Assembly: GCA_951406725.2 (NCBI GenBank)
Contig: OX597815.1
Span: forward strand, 201,748,001-201,812,000
Direction of reading: 5' to 3'
DNA length: 64,000 nucleotides
Source: Octopus vulgaris
Taxonomy: Eukaryota
Numbering within the stretch: the stretch's first letter is position 1; each line of letters starts with the position of its first letter. The notes beneath the pieces were generated by a model that saw only the letters and a program-made list of their open reading frames with translations, did not search any database and was not told where the DNA came from. The position numbers and the translations under genes were made by a program. This document shows, piece by piece, positions 57,550-64,000 of the stretch.

Positions 57550-58130
57550 TATCTGTGAGTCTATCGTATTTATAAGAATTTGTTTTCCTTGCCTCGTAAT
57601 AATTTTTTCAATCACTGTATTTTAGATAAAATCTACAACAAAATCTTCATATTGCTACACTTACCAACTCAGGATAAATGCTAAAACATAAAATGAATTA
57701 CAGATTACGAAGACAGATAAGCTGGTCATCTGTTCCCAGAATACTAATTTACAATGGCATCGATAAAGAAATATACTTATCAGCGAAACCTGAGGTATAA
57801 TGAAAAGAGGTGTAAGCAGAACTATATTTAATATAGTAAAACTGATGGCCATACGAAGAGTATTGTCTTTTAATTTTGCTTCCAAGAAAATATATGATGT
57901 ATTTCTACTAATCCTGTGAGTAATGAGAAAACAAATTTATAGACGAGAAGGGGGTTAAGTATGTCCTTGTAGAGATCCCTTTCCATGAGGAATGTGACAC
58001 TTGCCTTCCTGAAATTTGTAAGGGTTACCTACCAAGTGTATGATATTGAATAAGCTATAGATTATTCAGGGAGAAATATTTGACACTCGTGGTTTGGGGG
58101 AGTCGTTTCTCTTAAAGAACAAAGTAAAAA
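57550..58130 (-). mobile_element. Possible highly decayed PLE RT fragment
   Basis: Only weak traces are visible (TTPPNH.., HIPHGKG like TNIPH..G, YIKYSSAY like YL.Y.S.H), with many disruptions. Confidence 0.3.
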
Positions 58131-61100
58131 CAAAACATACCGTAAGTATTACTGACCCCTCGACATTTCAATTAGGCTGCGTGCAGTTTACATTGGATCG
58201 CTACAATTGCTTCACACGAGCGAATAAATACCTGAAGAAAAGTATCATTCCTTAGAGTAGAAAGGATGAATGCAAATGGTGGTATGATTATAAATATCAA
58301 CAAAGGCATAACTTTAAATTACCTATTCAAAACCTTAGGCTGACATGATTTAGAAACGCTGGTAAAATGTATTTAACAGCGTTTCCCAAACGTTGGCCCT
58401 TGTAATATTGCCCATGTAAAGTAACTAGTAATAATACACAGGAATTTCATGAATAACGATTCCAACTGTCAAGGTATTCTGAAGAAATCAGCAAAACTGT
58501 AACTCTTATAATATATTCCAATATTATTAAATGAATTTATAGTCTATATTTCTATACCTTGGGCTAAAAACTTAAACGAATATGCCAATAGAAGCTAAAC
58601 GCATGTGGCAGTCTAAGGGAGTAGAATCAAATATAGTTTGTCTGTAGATGTAGTTAGTTCTAAAATAAAGTCCACAACCACTGTTATAAATGCTAGAAGA
58701 ATTACCTCTAAATTATTCTGAGCTTGGATTCGAAAAAAGAACATATTATCCAGATATATTATATGAGAACGGATTCGAAGTAGGCTAAAAAGAAACATAT
58801 ATCTGAGATATACATCAAAGACCCATATGCAAAATCTAAAGTAAAATAGCTAGTTACGGTACATCTCTCGTAAATAAAGGATTATCTTATGAGGATTTAG
58901 AGTGATATTCGATTAATAATTATTACAGAGCTAAGTGTAATGCAGTTGTTAGCAGCTTTTCAAAAATATTCTGAAATGCACACTATGTGAATTATGAATT
59001 AAACAGGAAAACAGCGATATCTGCGATTTTCTTCACAATATAACACCTAAATGTGACAAGGAAAGGTTATATTTAACATAAATAATGTGGTAATAAAAAT
59101 ACAACGCATCAAACAGATTATTATAATATACAAAAATTATTATAATGTTATCAAATCAAAATACTCTTTTCTCCTTTCAACCTAGCCAGTTAAGGGGAAA
59201 TCAAATAATCCTGAATAGAAAGGTAGACTAGATACAAATAAACGTAGATATGATACTGAGGCTACGGAGTAGCATGCTATGCAAAAGGAAATTTAAATGG
59301 ATAAAGGAAAGTTCAAATGGATAAAGAAAATATCACACGGGTTATGAATCCAGCACGTGAAACAAACGCTGAAGGATATTGTTTTTTGCTTTGTTCATAA
59401 TTACGTCTGCCCACTAAAACCTTTCATACACATAGATTGTAAAAGTATTTAAAAATTAACAGAAGAATATGTGACGACTGATGAGAAGTAATATAATGCT
59501 GGTTGTGTTTGCCCAGTCTTTGCAAATCTCGACAAGTTATTTTTCTCAAGGACAATCAGAGAAGGAATTGCTTGTTTATCCTAGCGGAAATCATGTATTT
59601 TTGAAAGAAATAAGACAGCTATTCAAATACATGAAAATGACCAGAATGAATTGAATGGAAAGCGGGCTTTCTTTCTAAATCTGTTCTTTTGATGCTCAAG
59701 AAAGAGTATTTGCATAGGCAGACAAAGAAAATTGCTTGGAAGTAATTAGAAGAAATCGCGAAAAATGATAATCAAACTTGGTGGATTTATATACACATAG
59801 CTTTCCGAAAACAATAATAGTAGAATATATGCATGGTTAACACGCTTTAAAGACACTCGGCAATATATTGTTTCTTCGAAAACAAAGAATACAAATGAAA
59901 TCAATAGCAATTTCAATAGTCAGCGAAGTCGGCTTTCATTCTAATAGGGCCTTTTCACTAAATCAAACCTTAGGAAAGAGAAAATGTGAGAAATTATAAA
60001 CTGCATAAATGTAATATATAAAGAAAAATATATTTCTTTAGACAATAAACAAATAACTTAGTCAACATTTTAAAACAATACATAATTTTCAGTAAAATCT
60101 TAAAAAGAATATCGGTCATGTTGACGCGTGGAAATATGTGTATTTTGAGTAGGGCCCCAACAAACTAACTAATCTAATTTGCATTCTCAAAACGCAGAAA
60201 ACACCAGAATTTGAAGCAGAGTATCTGAAAGAAAGAATGCATTAACTATTTATTACTAAATAGTAAGTAATAATCACAGAATATCTAATAGTATACGGAA
60301 TGAAAAGATAAAATAAGGAGATGCATCTAATAAGTGCTAAACTTATGATAAAACACAACAAACCTAAACCCCGAGGTAGAACAATATTGACTAAAATATA
60401 ACCTAATCAGAACACAACAAGCAGAAATATAAATGAAAAGTAATATGAAACAAATCTAAAAGTAGGAAGTTCAGAAGTTTGAAATCCTTATCTTGATAAA
60501 ATAAAAATAGAGCATCATTGAAAATTTAGAAATTGTAGTTGACCACAATATACATCATTGACAGCATATTCCAAAAATATGACTTAACAAGGAGGAAGCA
60601 ATAAAAATTGAAATAAATTTGGCTATCACACACTTAATTACAAAAGATACAAAAATCAACATTCTGAGGTAAAATTATATGTGCAGTAACCTCACAAAGG
60701 AAAGTGAGCAAGAATATGTATTATTTTTATTGCTTCTACTATATTAGCGGTTATTTTATATATGTTTAGTAATTTCTGACGGAGAAGTGACACATTATGC
60801 TTTAGTAATATAATCTTCGTTTTAGATATTCTATTTCCATTCCTGATATTGTCTCCTTTTGCGAATGTACCTGACGTTAGCTAGTCACTTGGGGTTCAAT
60901 GAAAAATCTAATGCTGGGACGGTTTCTTGTTTTACTAAATATATTCAAATGTCCTGCGTATTTTCACTTTGGTGTGTATACATACAATAGAAACACATTC
61001 CTCTCGTGTCCGTTAGGGCCTTTTAACATTATTTTGGGAAAATCGATGAGTAACGTACGGCCCAATAAGTACATTCTCATCATTTTCATAGGAATCTGAT

Positions 61101-61579
61101 TTGGCGCGCGTGATATTTTTATAGTTTTTGTACGATGATTCCAATGAATGGTTTTCTTGTATATTATTTGTGGGCTAAACTACGCTGGTACAATTTGAAT
61201 TATTTTTCATTTCTTGGGTTTCAAGGAGGAGGGCGGAGAACTGTCCTCCGGTGACTCTGTTTGGACATGTTTTTGAAAATATTGGACGTTGTAAATACTT
61301 AATTACATTATATAAATGCGTGAAATGTATAAATATATTTTAATGAGTATGACGAAATTATGTTCCTACAGCTTATCAGTTTTTTTCTCGATATTATTAA
61401 TTAAATTTCATCGTTTGCGCTTGTGATGCGGCTCTCGATCTTCTTCTTCTTCTTCTTCTTCTTCTTCTTCTTCTTCTTCTTTAGATATATGATAAAACAC
61501 ATCCACAAACAGTTTTTGCGTTATTTGGAAGTGGAAAAAGAGAATCTGACAAAGAATTCATAAAGCCATGTACCTTAGA

Positions 61580-62350
61580 TTCAGAGCACAGTGACAAATA
61601 AATTCTAAAGCAACGAAATTCTAATAGAGATATGGTTAAAACTGGATAAAGAGCTATGTATAGAATTATCTGAAAACATATATTTTGAACACTAATATAA
61701 ACAGAATTGTAATCGATAGAAAATATTTCTTTAGACTAACAACAATCAACTCCAAGAAATATTGCTTCTGGATGGAAAAAAAGAACAATGCAAAACACAA
61801 ACAGCGCAACATATGCAACGATCTACCTAAATCAATTAACCTATATGTTAGCCTCATTAGTCAGCAAAGAAATTGGGTATATTCTCCAAGTTTGCCAAAT
61901 CAGAACATCTAAAGGAAAGTAAACGAGATGGAAAGCGGTAAAAGCAGAATGATAACCACAATAAAAGAAAAGATCTCTTGATCCTTAATGAGATTGAAAA
62001 AAAAATGCTATAACGATATAAACTTATAAAGAAATACCCGAAATATAAGTTCCATTGAGGCAAGTAAATGCAAAGAAACCGCTGTATTAAAAATTATCAT
62101 CGCTTCTCTTAACAGCATAAACAATAATATTTCAAAAGAATTAGGTTAAGATATAATAGAATCCCATGCATCGCCAACATCAAGAGAAATATTAGACGTT
62201 TGTTAGACGTATTTTTCACTGATTAAACGGGAAATAAACAAAACCTAACGGCAGACCAATCAATTTGGAAATAGCTTACAATTTTAAGCATCTTCCAATT
62301 TATACCAAACACAATTCACAAAGTAGTGTGTATATAAGTGATACAGAATA
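61580..62350 (+). mobile_element. Possible highly decayed PLE RT-thumb/linker fragment
   Basis: Weak collinear traces: FFRLT (FLD-like), WMEK (WYRK-like), ILQVCQ, KKPLY.KL and QSSVY. Confidence 0.3.
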
Positions 62351-62846
62351 CTAATCCTTCTTTCAAACGATGTTGCTATACAGCCATGCTGTTATAAAAT
62401 TTAAAATGTAAATTAAACATTTTAAATTGTAAATTACTTGCTAGCATGCTATTGTGAAGGATTGTGCAAAACTTAGAATGCAATGCGGACGAAATTTGCA
62501 ACGTAGCACGCTCAATACAGTTCCAGAAAATCTGAGACCATGGTTACATTAGTAATAATGATAACAACAGCAACAACAACAACAACAACAACAGCAAGAA
62601 CATCAACAGCACAGCAACAACAATAATAATAATGATTTTTCTGCCATTCTTTGCTAAGTGCGTCTTATCCATTCTTAACAATTTTTTCTCTCAATTTGAC
62701 TCTCTCCATCTTCCTGCAATCTTGTTCGAAACCGTTCTCTTTCTGTTTAGAAAAAGGAACTGCCGCTGTTGCCGCTGTATTGTTTGACATAGTGGTAGCG
62801 TTGGTAGTGTTGGTGGTGGTGTTGACGGTGTTGGAGGTAATAGATA

Positions 62847-63077
62847 AGGCGGCGAGCTGGCAGACACGTTAGTGCGCCGGCCGAAATGCTTAGCGGTATT
62901 TCGTCTGCGTTACGTTGTGAGTTCAAATTCCGCCGAGGTCGACTTTGCCTTTCATCCTTTCGGGATCGATAAATTAAGTACTAGTTACGCACTGGAGTCG
63001 ATGTAATCGACTTAATACCTATGTCTGTCCTTGTTTGTCCCCTCTATGTTTAGCCGCTTGTGGGCAATACAGAAATA
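62847..63077 (+). mobile_element. Young full-length SINE (third family)
   Basis: It has the head ggcggcgagctggcaga, a B box gagttcaaattcc, a central gaggtcgactttgcctttcatcctttcggg.tcgataaattaagtac motif and an A-rich end. Older copies lie at ~12590, ~16760 and ~49380. Confidence 0.85.
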
Positions 63078-63319
63078 TGTATTGGGGGTAATAGGGGGGT
63101 CCTGCACTCGTCATTAAAAAGAATATTTCACTTGTTGTGCTACTGCTTCTGTTGTTGTTGTTGCTGGTAGTGGTGGTGCTGCTACTGCTGTCGTCTTTGC
63201 TTCGGTTCTTGACCACAGTAAATTGTTCTGAGGAAAAATATGCTAAAGCGGTTCTTAAAACAACTATACCTCCCTAGATGTGGGACCTCATATTGATATT
63301 TTGGTCTTAAAGTAACTCA

Positions 63320-63960
63320 GGTTCAACAGGGAAGAGAAGAACCGTGTGGCCAATCACTAGCCAGCCAATGCGCAAAGCTGACACAGACAGAATACAAGAG
63401 ACGCCATTATAACTTAGCGAGAATCGTTCATTGGGTGTTATCCGAAAGATAAAATCCAGCCTATGATATGGTTATAATCCACAAGGTGTTGCAGAAAATG
63501 ACTATACCATGATGTTATAAGACTTTATGTGACAAGGAAACTGAAATTTACAAACGAGATATTATTGTGATTAATGAAGGACACTAAACTGTTTATTTCT
63601 AGAGAAGGATATTCCATCTGACAGTAAGGTCTGTGAGAAAGATTTGAAGATTGAGAAGTACGAAGTACTAGCTATGTAGAAAATATACATTTATACAATA
63701 GAAGAGTCTGAGGTGTTCGCGGTTATTGTGGGTCGCTTGCTACTATAAGCAAAAGCATGGAAAACTATTTCTTTTAAATCAGGGATAACATCCGGGTGGG
63801 ATAGTTAAAGTAAACAGCACTCCTTGGAACTGCTAGAATACTTAGAAAAGTGCTTCAAAATTAAAGGTGCTATATCAGTCTACTGGTTGTGGACGTAAGG
63901 CTTACATATTAGACCACCAGCCACAAGTTTTGTGTGACAACCGGAATAAGAGTAATAATG
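63320..63960 (+). mobile_element. 3' end of a degenerate R4/Dong-like RLE LINE
   Basis: The motifs SQCAKLTQTEYKRRHYNLARIVHW, DF..DKETEIYKRDIIVI, DIPSDSKVCEKDLKIEKY and TALLGTARILRKVLQN* (~63866) match the restriction-like endonuclease C-terminus. Confidence 0.85.
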
Positions 63961-64000
63961 ATGGACTCTCCAATAGAATACGATGTATGAGTGTTCAGTT

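Noticed and set aside
62847-62935. Functional tRNA genes at SINE heads (also 28427, 45097, 16082)
   Set aside because: A/B boxes are present, but there is no complete cloverleaf and each continues into a repeated SINE body.

Overview
This is AT-rich, microsatellite-dense eukaryotic DNA, not prokaryotic. The SINE families and repeat landscape suggest an octopus or other cephalopod genome (inference from memory, not searched). It is almost entirely intergenic or intronic, and most short ORFs in the track are microsatellite artefacts. The only long intact ORF is the APE-endonuclease/reverse-transcriptase ORF of a CR1-group LINE (25060-28077), which sits inside a (TA)n tract. The window also holds many decayed Penelope-like elements (PLEs), two R4/Dong-type RLE-LINE remnants, Helitron fragments (PIF1 helicase and STPR-like repeats), a mariner deletion derivative, a TIR MITE with telomere-like repeats, several tRNA-derived SINE families and a 28S rRNA fragment. 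A few weak exon candidates of a possible + strand host gene are present. The most notable signal is a set of minimal type-I hammerhead-ribozyme motifs in PLE terminal repeats. One five-copy family has a non-canonical core (CUGUCGA or CUGCUGA) and a palindromic stem III, and two of its copies lie in tandem 837 nt apart in a retrozyme-like arrangement. Several other hammerhead-like motifs are more degenerate.
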